DNA from: a virus
Taxonomy: Duplodnaviria; Caudoviricetes
Direction: 5' to 3' (one strand)
Virus record (IMG/VR): IMGVR_UViG_3300011336_000437
Coordinates: 1-48,513 of that record
DNA: 48,513 bases
Shown here one piece after another: positions 25,613 to 35,029 of the stretch (positions within the stretch are counted from its first letter, which is position 1; each line of letters starts with the position of its first letter). Below the pieces are notes generated by a model. That model saw only the letters and a list, made by a program, of their open reading frames with translations, was not told the DNA's origin and did no database searches. A program made the translations under genes and the position numbers.

Positions 25613-26310
25613 TCAAAATAATTAAAGTCTTGTTTAAAGAACTCGTCATTGTTCCTATTTATCCATGATTTCCAAGCTAACTTAATCATATACCATACAC
25701 TTTTTTTACTAAATCTTCTACTTGGAGTATAAACGAAATAGTTTGCGATCTTAAAACGTTTAGGTTTAATTTTGGAACTAAGGTGATAATCTTCTGCAAT
25801 TTTATCTTGTTCATTGAATCCTTCTAATCTATTGAATGTTTCTGTTTTAAAAAGCATAAAACCTCCGAGTGCGAAAGGTTTTGTTTTTGAGCTATACCAT
25901 TGAAATAGATCAAATACTCTATATAACCAATTGTATTTTTTATCTGTTTTAAATTTACATGTAACTAATTCATAATTACCATTAATACAAATATCTAAAC
26001 ATTTTGACACTAAATCTTTTTGTTCAATATGAATATCAGCGTCTAAGAATAAAATGTATGGAGTAGTTACTAGTTTAGCGCCTTTATTTCTTGCAATAGC
26101 CGGTAAACCTCCATCTATTATTTCTATATTAAGTTTTGCAAATTGATTGTAAAAATTTACTAGATTTACTGTATTATCGGTTGAATTATCGGCTATGATT
26201 ATTTTTAACTTCTCTATTTCTAATTGATGCCTTAAATATTCTAAAGTTTCTATTAGCGCATACTTTTCATTTTTACAAGGAATCACTATAGTTAGCATAT
26301 CTTTAATCAT
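25609..26310 (-). CDS. Glycosyltransferase family 2
   Basis: IVIPCKNE, ADNSTD, ARNKGA, FLDAD, EDY, SRRF. Confidence 0.9.
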   Translation of the reverse strand: MIKDMLTIVIPCKNEKYALIETLEYLRHQLEIEKLKIIIADNSTDNTVNLVNFYNQFAKLNIEIIDGGLPAIARNKGAKLVTTPYILFLDADIHIEQKDLVSKCLDICINGNYELVTCKFKTDKKYNWLYRVFDLFQWYSSKTKPFALGGFMLFKTETFNRLEGFNEQDKIAEDYHLSSKIKPKRFKIANYFVYTPSRRFSKKSVWYMIKLAWKSWINRNNDEFFKQDFNYFE

Positions 26311-26521
26311 ACTAGTATAAATAAAAATCCTAATAATAAACTAAAGATTACACTATTACTAAATCATTAATTATTATATGGATAAAAAGAAATCCTTTGT
26401 AGTAATTTTATTTGTTGATGATTAATTTTATTAGTGGATATATCTTGCGCAATTATAGAAACTTCTAAAGATATTACACATAATAGCCATAACAATAGTA
26501 TGCGCATTATTATTTTTTTTA

Positions 26522-26953
26522 TCATAATTTAGCATTTATAATTGGAAGTGATCCACTTTTTATGCCAGTGTATATTGTCCAGCCAGCAACTAGTAACATG
26601 CTTTGAAATATAGTTCTGTTTATTTTTCTATGTAGAAATTTGATTTCTTTGTCTTTATCTTCTAGTTGAAGATTAAGATTTTCTATTTTTATATTTGCTC
26701 TTTTATACTCTCTATCATAAGCTTCTACTAATCCATAGCCTTGAGCCCTACTTAAATCTAAAAGTAATGATTTAGTTTCTAAAGCTTTTAGGCTATCAGT
26801 TAATTTATTATGAGATGCATTTATCTCTTCTGCTTGTTTAATAGTTACGATTACTACTGAATCTTTACCTATGGTCTTGGCTATTGGATAAGATTGGGAG
26901 TAACTTGTAAGGCCTACCAACATTAATATTAATACTGTCTTTAAGTGTTTCAT
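26522..26953 (-). CDS. Secreted coiled-coil protein with C-terminal TM (spanin-like)
   Basis: Signal peptide, coiled coil, C-terminal hydrophobic helix; overlaps the lipoprotein gene. Confidence 0.5.
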   Translation of the reverse strand: MKHLKTVLILMLVGLTSYSQSYPIAKTIGKDSVVIVTIKQAEEINASHNKLTDSLKALETKSLLLDLSRAQGYGLVEAYDREYKRANIKIENLNLQLEDKDKEIKFLHRKINRTIFQSMLLVAGWTIYTGIKSGSLPIINAKL

Positions 26954-27245
26954 TTACTTCTTTTAATTCGGTTACGGTTTCTTTTAGATTATTCATAACC
27001 TTAGTTGTAACTTCTATCTTTTTCATAACTGTGCTATCCACTAATTTATTGATAGTATATACCTTTGTTTGATTAGATTCACTCTTTTTAATTAGATTAT
27101 CTAAAACGCTAGACTTTTTATCTTCGACAGCTTGTTCTATAACTTCTTGCTCTTCTGTTTGTCCTTCTGTTTGTTCTTCTTCAGTATTATTAGAACTACA
27201 AGAAACAATAAATAGAGTAAGTATTATAAGTATTACTTTTTTCAT
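26865..27245 (-). CDS. Coiled-coil lipoprotein (spanin-like)
   Basis: Lipobox IVSC, heptad-rich body. Confidence 0.55.
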   Translation of the reverse strand: MKKVILIILTLFIVSCSSNNTEEEQTEGQTEEQEVIEQAVEDKKSSVLDNLIKKSESNQTKVYTINKLVDSTVMKKIEVTTKVMNNLKETVTELKEVNETLKDSININVGRPYKLLPILSNSQDHR

Positions 27246-27550
27246 TATTGTATTTTTCCTAATTGTTGTAATATAGATATCGTAGCAATTGCTCCAGATA
27301 GTGTGCTATCTGATTTTCTAAGCTGGGTTGATAATACATCTATTTTACTTTCTAGTTTCTCTATTTTTTTACCTTGCTTTTCTATTTGAGAATTATAGTT
27401 CATTTTACCATCTACATATAAATAACCTATGGCTATTAATACAATAAATAATAATCCTTTAACAGGATCTTTACTAAACTCTTTAAAAGAAATAGGCGGC
27501 TTAATTGCGCCCGCTACAGAGTCTACAGCTGTGGGTTTTTTTGGCGCCAT
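27245..27550 (-). CDS. Single-TM coiled-coil protein (holin-like)
   Basis: LLFIVLIAIGYLYV plus coiled coil. Confidence 0.55.
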   Translation of the reverse strand: MAPKKPTAVDSVAGAIKPPISFKEFSKDPVKGLLFIVLIAIGYLYVDGKMNYNSQIEKQGKKIEKLESKIDVLSTQLRKSDSTLSGAIATISILQQLGKIQ

Positions 27551-27566
27551 TTTATAATTTTATTTA

Positions 27567-27815
27567 TTATGCTTCAGAATCTTCTTTACCTTTGTTAATG
27601 AACTTATCTACTGAACCTATTCCGAAAGATCCCAAAGTTAACCACATAAAAGCATTAAATATAAACTCTTGAACAACAAGTTCTTTACCAAGAGTTCCTG
27701 TAACAATATCTGCTACTGCAAATCCTACCATCATCATAAATGCTAAGAAACCTACAACAGATTTTTCATTAATAGAATTACTGTCATTGAATAATTGACT
27801 AAAAAAGTTTTTCAT
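27567..27815 (-). CDS. Two-TM holin-like protein
   Basis: Two TMs, charged C-terminus. Confidence 0.55.
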   Translation of the reverse strand: MKNFFSQLFNDSNSINEKSVVGFLAFMMMVGFAVADIVTGTLGKELVVQEFIFNAFMWLTLGSFGIGSVDKFINKGKEDSEA

Positions 27816-27832
27816 AGTTTGGATGTATTTTT

Positions 27833-27885
27833 AAAAATAAAAAACGGAATAGCTGATCTGTATTGCGCAAACCAATTATTCCGTT
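27833..27885 (-). terminator. Hairpin plus U-tract (terminator/attenuator)
   Basis: AACGGAATA/TATTCCGTT 9 bp perfect stem extendable to about 18 bp, followed by TTTTATTTTT on the minus strand. Confidence 0.65.
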
Positions 27886-27928
27886 ATATCTGTAATAAAT
27901 ATGCTGATTGGAAAATAAGTATTTCTAC

Positions 27929-28711
27929 TTAAACCTTTAGATCTATAAATTCAGATCCATCATCTAATTCTAGATTTGGATCTTCGTAAGCTACTATATC
28001 CATTTCGTTAAGATCTTCTTGTTCATTAGTTAGACCAACACTCTTTAGGTGCTCGTAGTACATATCATCTAGATTATAGAAGTTATTGAACTGCTCTTTG
28101 GTTATCTCGTCTCCGTTTATTCCATTATTAGTCACTATCTTTCTTACCCAACTTGGTTTTAGTTTCGTGATCATGTTAGGTAGAGCGTAGTGAAATGCGC
28201 AGTTATAACAATACCAATTTAAGTTCTCTAATTCCCAATTAGTCCTGTCATCATCTAAGAACGTTAATACTAAAGGCACTTTATTATCTAATGGTCTTCT
28301 CTTATCGTAGCCACAAGCGCAGCAATAAGCTGGGAGAGTACCTGTTGTGACAAGTAAACCTTTTAATCTAGTAAACCTTTCTTCTGAGAACCATTGACCC
28401 TTCTTAAGCATAGCTTGAATCTTGGTCTGACCGGGTTTTAGCTTTATGAATTCGTTGTGCTTCTTTATCTTGAATCCAGCTTCGTTCTTGTGGATTTCGA
28501 ATAGTGTCTTTCCTGTCTCTTGATCTATGTATTTGCTAGCGTACTTCTTGTACGACTTATAGGATATCTTTAGGTACCTTGCTGCGGCTTTGTTGCTTTG
28601 AGTAAACATCATTGCCTCTCTTATCGTAGGCTCGCTAAGCTGCAATCCTTTGTATGGATTATTTTCGCCGTACTGATCTTCACGTCGTTTCCACTCTTTC
28701 CTCTCTTCCAC
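27929..28711 (-). CDS. HTH plus degenerate HNH/zinc-finger protein
   Basis: SNKAAARYLKISYKSYKKY HTH-like; CCACG...DDDRTNWELENL..YCYNC. Confidence 0.65.
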   Translation of the reverse strand: MEERKEWKRREDQYGENNPYKGLQLSEPTIREAMMFTQSNKAAARYLKISYKSYKKYASKYIDQETGKTLFEIHKNEAGFKIKKHNEFIKLKPGQTKIQAMLKKGQWFSEERFTRLKGLLVTTGTLPAYCCACGYDKRRPLDNKVPLVLTFLDDDRTNWELENLNWYCYNCAFHYALPNMITKLKPSWVRKIVTNNGINGDEITKEQFNNFYNLDDMYYEHLKSVGLTNEQEDLNEMDIVAYEDPNLELDDGSEFIDLKV

Positions 28712-29124
28712 TACTCTGCTATTTTTTTATTTATCAACTTCATAAGATCCCAAAGTTCGTAAGGATCATTTAAGAATAACTCTCTACCATCTTCTGTAAG
28801 AATAGCATTCATTGATCCGTCTGGTGCAAATCTATCGTATAGATAAAATCCTATAAGATCTGAGCATTGCTTGCCGAAACTCATGTGAAGCAATCCGTCT
28901 ATGACTTCAAAGAATTTCTCGTCGTACGTGCTGAAGTCTACTCTAAGATCTGCGAAGATCAGAGCTTGTCTAACGTTGATCTGATCTATGTTGTTTATTA
29001 GCTGAAAGAAGATCTCTCTTTTTTTATCGTTCTCGTTTTTCTTCTTTCTCTTCGCTACGCTCTTTACGTTAAGTAAATGATCTACAGCGTTCTGTATCTC
29101 TCGAAACTTGTTAATATCTTCCAT
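28711..29124 (-). CDS. Hypothetical protein
   Basis: 137 aa ORF. Confidence 0.75.
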   Translation of the reverse strand: MEDINKFREIQNAVDHLLNVKSVAKRKKKNENDKKREIFFQLINNIDQINVRQALIFADLRVDFSTYDEKFFEVIDGLLHMSFGKQCSDLIGFYLYDRFAPDGSMNAILTEDGRELFLNDPYELWDLMKLINKKIAE

Positions 29125-29127
29125 ACT

Positions 29128-29454
29128 TTATTTTGTCTTTGTTAGTAGCTGCAAAGTTTTTGCTAGCTCTCCGCACTTTTCGTACTCTTCTTCTTTGGTA
29201 TAAAGATCTATGCAGGAATTTATTGCGCTGATCCAATCTTTCTTGTGTATCTCTACGTATACTCCAGAAGTGTTTATCTCAAACACTACTGCGTACAGCT
29301 TCTTTTCTTTTATGGCTTTGTTGATCGCCTTAGGTACTTCTGTCTTTAGAACTTTCACCAAGACTTCTGAACCCACCAAGTCTTCGGATTTCATCTCGCT
29401 AAGATTCTCAAAGTTTACCCTAAATGGCCTCTTATTCATAACGCTCTTGTTCAT
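29128..29454 (-). CDS. Protein with C-terminal UVR-like motif
   Basis: EEEYEKCGEL. Confidence 0.65.
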   Translation of the reverse strand: MNKSVMNKRPFRVNFENLSEMKSEDLVGSEVLVKVLKTEVPKAINKAIKEKKLYAVVFEINTSGVYVEIHKKDWISAINSCIDLYTKEEEYEKCGELAKTLQLLTKTK

Positions 29455-29459
29455 TTGAC

Positions 29460-29765
29460 TTAGTTTTTTAATACATCAACCAATACCTTAGATATAGAAT
29501 CTATGGGCACTATAAAACTTATTACGTTTTTGTACGGATTCCTATCGTTAAAAGCTACCGCAATTCCTGCGTCACCATATTTCTTTTGCAAGACTATGCT
29601 TATCTTATTTGAAAGTTCTTGCTTTTCTCTTGGATCTTCTGGAGCGTTCTCCATTATAAATTGCATGTTAATCCCCATTTTTGTTGGAGACTCTTCTGAT
29701 ATGAATCTAAGTTTTAGGTTCTGTCCAGCTAGATTTACATTGTATATTGGTCCTAGTGACTTCAT
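29460..29765 (-). CDS. Hypothetical protein
   Basis: 101 aa ORF. Confidence 0.75.
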   Translation of the reverse strand: MKSLGPIYNVNLAGQNLKLRFISEESPTKMGINMQFIMENAPEDPREKQELSNKISIVLQKKYGDAGIAVAFNDRNPYKNVISFIVPIDSISKVLVDVLKN

Positions 29766-29812
29766 TGCGTAATTTAGAATAAATATACAACATTATTTCG
29801 ATATAAAAAAAT

Positions 29813-30181
29813 TTAATTTTCTGTGGTATTTAGCCACGGCGCTTTTTGTATTAATACTGGAGGATTGATTTGATTTTCAATCTGTTGTTCTAACGAAGCA
29901 TACATCGCGTCTACACTACCAGAAGCCATGGATGAGGTCACCCATCCGTATACTATGTCTTTAGTTAATTCACTAAATGGAATAAATGTAGATCCCGATT
30001 CTAAAGCAGCAATAGCTTGAGTACCTATAACAGAGGCATTGTAAGAACCAGTAAATGAACCTGTATAAGGTCCTTTAGTAGCGTATAGCTGCCAATGTAC
30101 TAGGAATACTACGTCTGTTTCTCCGGATGCTGTTGGATAAGATTCTAACGGATTAAAGTTCCAGTTGTAATTAATTTCCAT
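29813..30181 (-). CDS. Tail-fibre-associated small protein
   Basis: VVFLVHW, FIPFSELT..V.GWV, QIENQINPP...PW; overlaps the fibre stop. Confidence 0.7.
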   Translation of the reverse strand: MEINYNWNFNPLESYPTASGETDVVFLVHWQLYATKGPYTGSFTGSYNASVIGTQAIAALESGSTFIPFSELTKDIVYGWVTSSMASGSVDAMYASLEQQIENQINPPVLIQKAPWLNTTEN

Positions 30182-33100
30182 TTGTTAATTTATTTACTTG
30201 TTCTTGTAGATTGTTTATTTGTTGTTGTTGTTCTTTAATGGCTTCTAATAAATACGCTGTTAAATTAGTATATTTTATTCCTTGAGGATCACCTTTTCTA
30301 TCTAAAGATACAAGACTAGGTAATACAGAATACATATCTTCTGCTATAAAGCCTGGTTCATTTATTGCACTGCCGTCTATTTTATCATATGTTACGCCTT
30401 GTATTTGCGTTACTATTGATAATGCATTACTTATAGGCGTAATATTCTCTTTTATATTTCTAGTAGATCCTTGAGTTAAAGCTCCGGCTATGTACATATC
30501 TCCACTACCACTAATATAAGCCGTCATTGTACTACCAGATCCAAAAATTATATAAGCTCCACCACTAGAAGGTCCTCTAGTACTTATACATAAATCTCCA
30601 GGTACTGAGTTTTGAATAAAATTATTTGTATTTGTGGCTAATCCTATTGTTCCTGCTATACTAGCACTAATAGATGCATCTCTTAGATTTAAACTAGGTG
30701 CACTACCAACTGCTGCAATATATAAATCATCACTATTACTAGTTACTTCTAATTGATATATAGGACTTGTACTATTTATACCAACTCTACCCGATTCTAG
30801 TATACTTACAACTTCTGAATTTGCTCCATTATGGAAGGTGTATGTTATAGCATTTCCTGTTGTAATTGTTGTTCTAAATCCATTACTAACACCATCAATA
30901 ATATTCAAATAGTTAGTACCACCAACACCACTACCAAAAGAATTCCTTAACTCACCAACAAGATGCAATTTAGCTAAAGGCGATGTAGTACCTATACCAA
31001 CATTACCCGTATCAGTAATAGCAAAATATCTATCTGACCATAAGGTATACTGAGAAGCGCCCCCACCTCGAGCAATTACAAAACTAGAACTTATCATTCC
31101 TAATTGCCAATCTGCAAATCCACCTCTATGTAAACTATAATAAGCATAGTTATTACCATAAGTTGCATCTGTTCCATCCATATATGCTTCAAATTGACCA
31201 TAAACGGGGGCTGTTCGACCACCGCCGATTTTGGAAGCTATGGCTGTGCCATCTACATCTAATTTTGTTGATGGTGATGTAGTACCTATACCAACATTAC
31301 CCCCAAATGCTTGTATTGCAAGATTTTTCCATGCTGTTGCTCTATGTATGGAATGAATAAAACCATAATCACCTGTATTGTCATATCCAATACCTACAAA
31401 TTTATCAGCATTGGATGGGTTAGCAACTGCTAATCTTGGAGCTACTCCACCATCACCACCATTGTTTGTAGTGCCTATACCAACATTAGTTCCATTATCA
31501 TAAACTGTACTATTGCCTATCACGGTTGAACCAGTGAATTTAGAAAGGAAGTTTGTAGTACCGCTTCCTGCAACACCACCACCGCCTGTAACTTCTATTA
31601 CATTACCACTAGAATCAACAGCTAGATTATACGCTGCCGTACCGGTTACAGATCCTGATCCGTAGTTAGCTAATCTAAGCAGTCCTGTAGAACTAAGTTT
31701 AAACTTTTCTATAGAATCAGGTCTTATCAAAAAGTCAAGTCCAACAGGAATATCTATAGCACCAAAAGTTGAACGTCCTGTAAGAGCCAATTTTATAGCT
31801 GATAGGTATTTTACGTTAAACGCGCCACCTGAAGCCAGTGCTACAGAAGCGCTTGTTCCGTCATCGTCAAGTATACTGTTTCCTATTCCTGTAGTGCTAG
31901 TCCATTTGGGTAAAACGTTAGTAGTTCCTGTTCCTGTAACGGTACCGGTATATTGATCGTTGGACGTGATCGTAAAGTTAGGATATATTCCAGTGATAAC
32001 CGTTGTTCCACCTTGCGTAAGAGACACTGTCTGATTAGGAGCAGTATTAGTTATCGTGAAGTTAGGATATGTTCCAGTAACAGAAATTCCTGTACCGTTA
32101 GTAAATGCTACTGTTCTATCAGGAGCAGTATTTGTTATCGTAAAGTTGGGATAAGTTCCAGTTGCAGAAATCCCCGTGCCATTGGTTAGAGATACAGTCT
32201 GATCTGGAGCTGTGTTTGTTATAACTCCTGTGATATTGCTATAGTTAATTCCTGTTCCTGCGCTTAGTGCTGTCAGCGATATATAAGAATTAGGATTAGT
32301 GGCATTATAAGGAGTAAATCCAAGAGCAGTAGTTACATTTAAACTAGTTAAAGATAAAGTTCCGCCTAAAGTTAGATTTCCTGTAGTTGATACTGTGCCT
32401 GTAAGTGTAAGACCGGATACTGTCCCCGTACCACTTACAGAAGTAACCGTGCCAGTATTTGTAGTATATCCGTTAGGATTTGATGCTAAGTAATAAGTTG
32501 AGTTATCGTAACTTATCGTTGTACCAGAAATCTTAACAAAGCCTGTTCCGCTCAATGGAGCTTGATAGCTTAATGAAGGAATATCTGCGGCTACAAGAGA
32601 TCTAAATGTTGGCGTCGCTGCAACACCTGTAGTTGGTCCAGCTAATACTGTGTTAGCAGTTTGAGTAGCAAAATTTGAAGGAAGTACAGATAGAGTTCCT
32701 CCTAAAGTTAGATTTCCTGTAGTTGATACTGTTCCAGATAGAGAAATACCGGATACTGTTCCTGTTCCGCTTACTGATGTGACTGTTCCAGTATTTGTAG
32801 TATACCCCGATGGATTAGAAGCTAAGTAGTAGGTTGAGTTATCGTAAGTTATGCTCGTTCCAGAAGCTTTTACGAATCCTGTTCCGTTGATTACGTTTAC
32901 ACTACCGCCTAGTGAGGTAACTGATCCTTGAATAGTTATTGAACTGTTTGTCAATCCTGAATTTGGAATAGTAGAAACGTAATTGACATTGGTTCCTGAC
33001 ATGCTTACGTATCCTGATCCATTCAACAATGGTTGATAGGTCGTCGTATCTACTGCTAGAGTTCCATCGCTGCTACTAAACTTAACAAAACCATTTGTTG

Positions 33101-34712
33101 TGTATGAGTTTAGTTTAATAGTTCCAGTTCCATTTATACTTAATCGATCTGTATTATTAGTTCCTATTGCAATTGGAAATGCTCCATTTGTATATATTGC
33201 TGCGACTCCTAAACTTCTTTGAGGATCTATAGTTAATGATGCACCTCCAACTTGAGTGTCAACGATTTCTATTCTTCCAGAATTACCTGCGCCTTGAGTT
33301 CTAATCATACCGCCTGCAAGTATTCTGTAAGGGGCTTGAGCGGTAGCATTTATTCCTATATATCCATCAACCGTTAAATTGCTTGAATATCGACCTGTTC
33401 CTTGCACGTCAAGTCTATATCCGGGTGAAGCAGTATTTATACCAACATTAGTACCGTCATCGTAAACTAAACTGTTTCCTAAAGAATTTATACCAGTAAG
33501 TTTCGATACGTAATTCGTAGTTCCAGATATATTAGTTGAGTAAGAAGACGTTAGCGCGTAAGAAGAAGAAATCGCTCTACTTGCTGTTCCAAACAAAGAT
33601 CCTGTGAATCCAGTTGTAGCTGTTACTGATCCTGTTACATTTACTGGAATAGATACTGAAACCTTTGAGTTATCGTCAGTGATATTAGAGTCATAAATGT
33701 GATCATCTCCTTGTCCCCTAAGTACTCTATTTAAAGTTGGATAAGTTGCGTCTGCTAAAGATCCAGAGTTTTTTGGACCAGCTATGAATCCTCCACCACT
33801 ATAAGAAGATCCACTACCGTTTGAGTAAACAAAATGATTTGTTTGAGAATCCCACACTAAAGAAGCCGTAGTAGTAGATGATCCTGAATCGTAAATAATT
33901 AATCCAGCATATCTTGAAGAAGGAGTTTGCGTGTTTAATACTATATATTCTTGTCCTATTATGACAGCAGAACCAGTAATAGTTTGAACATATCCAAAAG
34001 AAGCAGATTGAGCTGTTATAGAATTTGCGACTATGTTATTTGTAATATTAATGCTTGACGCACTTAAGTTTAATCCTATTTTTAAGGATTCAGCGTGAGA
34101 AGCGGTAATCGCATAAGAAGAACTTACTGAAGAACTAGCTGTATAGGCTGATATAGCTGATGAGGCTGTGTAGGCGTAAGAAGAACTTACTGAAGAACTA
34201 GCTGTATAGGCTGATATAGCTGAACTAGCAGTATAAGCATAAGAAGAACTTACTGAAGAACTAGCTGTATAGGCTGATATAGCTGAACTAGCAGTATAAG
34301 CATAAGAAGAACTTACCACATAAGATGCTGATAGCGCGTAAGATGAAGAAACCGCATTTGATGCTGTACCGAATAAAGAACCAGTAAGATTATTAATAAC
34401 TGTTGATCCACTAACTCTCATACTTCCAGAAACACTTACAGTTCCAATTAAGGTTTGCCTATCTGATGTATCATCACCTAATTGATTTGATCCTGTGGAA
34501 TAACCTTCTGATTTTATGAATCCAATTGATGCTGTTCCTGCAATTTGAACATCTCCAATAATGCTAACTGATCCGCTCATATTGATTGCAGATCCAGTGA
34601 TAGTTACTGTAGAACCGGACATATTTGTAGATAACCATCTAAGGTTATCATCCATCTCCGTAAAGGTTAACGTATTACCTTTGACTAGTCTGTAAATAGG
34701 AAAATCTGCCAT
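30171..34712 (-). CDS. Tail fibre/virion adhesin with C-terminal intramolecular chaperone (Peptidase_S74)
   Basis: G/S/T-rich, GNVGIGTTSP repeats, STRNIKENI...GFIAED...IKY..L...LLEAIKE coiled coil. Confidence 0.88.
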   Translation of the reverse strand: MADFPIYRLVKGNTLTFTEMDDNLRWLSTNMSGSTVTITGSAINMSGSVSIIGDVQIAGTASIGFIKSEGYSTGSNQLGDDTSDRQTLIGTVSVSGSMRVSGSTVINNLTGSLFGTASNAVSSSYALSASYVVSSSYAYTASSAISAYTASSSVSSSYAYTASSAISAYTASSSVSSSYAYTASSAISAYTASSSVSSSYAITASHAESLKIGLNLSASSINITNNIVANSITAQSASFGYVQTITGSAVIIGQEYIVLNTQTPSSRYAGLIIYDSGSSTTTASLVWDSQTNHFVYSNGSGSSYSGGGFIAGPKNSGSLADATYPTLNRVLRGQGDDHIYDSNITDDNSKVSVSIPVNVTGSVTATTGFTGSLFGTASRAISSSYALTSSYSTNISGTTNYVSKLTGINSLGNSLVYDDGTNVGINTASPGYRLDVQGTGRYSSNLTVDGYIGINATAQAPYRILAGGMIRTQGAGNSGRIEIVDTQVGGASLTIDPQRSLGVAAIYTNGAFPIAIGTNNTDRLSINGTGTIKLNSYTTNGFVKFSSSDGTLAVDTTTYQPLLNGSGYVSMSGTNVNYVSTIPNSGLTNSSITIQGSVTSLGGSVNVINGTGFVKASGTSITYDNSTYYLASNPSGYTTNTGTVTSVSGTGTVSGISLSGTVSTTGNLTLGGTLSVLPSNFATQTANTVLAGPTTGVAATPTFRSLVAADIPSLSYQAPLSGTGFVKISGTTISYDNSTYYLASNPNGYTTNTGTVTSVSGTGTVSGLTLTGTVSTTGNLTLGGTLSLTSLNVTTALGFTPYNATNPNSYISLTALSAGTGINYSNITGVITNTAPDQTVSLTNGTGISATGTYPNFTITNTAPDRTVAFTNGTGISVTGTYPNFTITNTAPNQTVSLTQGGTTVITGIYPNFTITSNDQYTGTVTGTGTTNVLPKWTSTTGIGNSILDDDGTSASVALASGGAFNVKYLSAIKLALTGRSTFGAIDIPVGLDFLIRPDSIEKFKLSSTGLLRLANYGSGSVTGTAAYNLAVDSSGNVIEVTGGGGVAGSGTTNFLSKFTGSTVIGNSTVYDNGTNVGIGTTNNGGDGGVAPRLAVANPSNADKFVGIGYDNTGDYGFIHSIHRATAWKNLAIQAFGGNVGIGTTSPSTKLDVDGTAIASKIGGGRTAPVYGQFEAYMDGTDATYGNNYAYYSLHRGGFADWQLGMISSSFVIARGGGASQYTLWSDRYFAITDTGNVGIGTTSPLAKLHLVGELRNSFGSGVGGTNYLNIIDGVSNGFRTTITTGNAITYTFHNGANSEVVSILESGRVGINSTSPIYQLEVTSNSDDLYIAAVGSAPSLNLRDASISASIAGTIGLATNTNNFIQNSVPGDLCISTRGPSSGGAYIIFGSGSTMTAYISGSGDMYIAGALTQGSTRNIKENITPISNALSIVTQIQGVTYDKIDGSAINEPGFIAEDMYSVLPSLVSLDRKGDPQGIKYTNLTAYLLEAIKEQQQQINNLQEQVNKLTNGN
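31968..32225. repeat. About 81 bp (27 aa) tandem repeat x3 in tail fibre
   Basis: TVxxTNGTGISxTGTYPNFTITNTAP(D/N). Confidence 0.85.
32353..32886. repeat. Internal duplication of about 65 aa, offset 336 bp
   Basis: GTGFVK.SGT.I.YDNSTYYLASNP.GYTTNTGTVTSVSGTGTVSG...GNLTLGGTLS twice. Confidence 0.85.
34111..34316. repeat. 63 bp (21 aa) tandem repeat x3.3 in tail fibre
   Basis: SSSYAYTASSAISAYTASSSV; units start 34111, 34174, 34237, 34300. Confidence 0.92.
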
Positions 34713-34719
34713 ATTGCTT

Positions 34720-34727
34720 ATAAATAT
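34720..34727 (-). promoter_or_regulatory. ATATTTAT putative late promoter (also 1421, 5283, 10566, 12232, 24055, 27895, 35021)
   Basis: Same octamer usually 7-18 nt upstream of starts of fibre, holin-like and endonuclease genes. Confidence 0.7.
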
Positions 34728-34743
34728 TGTCTACAATATGTTT

Positions 34744-35004
34744 TTACAGTGGATTTCCAGGAGGATTAAATTTGTCGTAAGAAATAATATAACTGTCTTC
34801 TACGTAACCTATGTCGACATATATTATGTAATCAGAAGCTGATCCTTGAGGTCCCTCTAAAATCTTATATACACTAAAAACTCTGGGATCTAATCTATTC
34901 TGCTTCATAGAATTTTGATAGGTCGCAGTATTTTCAAAAGGTCTTTTACTTTCTTTTGTTTGAAAGTTAGAGATCTTATTTTTTAGTCTATCTTTAGGAA
35001 ACAT
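34744..35004 (-). CDS. Hypothetical protein (late-type)
   Basis: 86 aa; ATATTTAT upstream. Confidence 0.65.
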   Translation of the reverse strand: MFPKDRLKNKISNFQTKESKRPFENTATYQNSMKQNRLDPRVFSVYKILEGPQGSASDYIIYVDIGYVEDSYIISYDKFNPPGNPL

Positions 35005-35029
35005 CGCAAATCTATTTACTATAAATATG

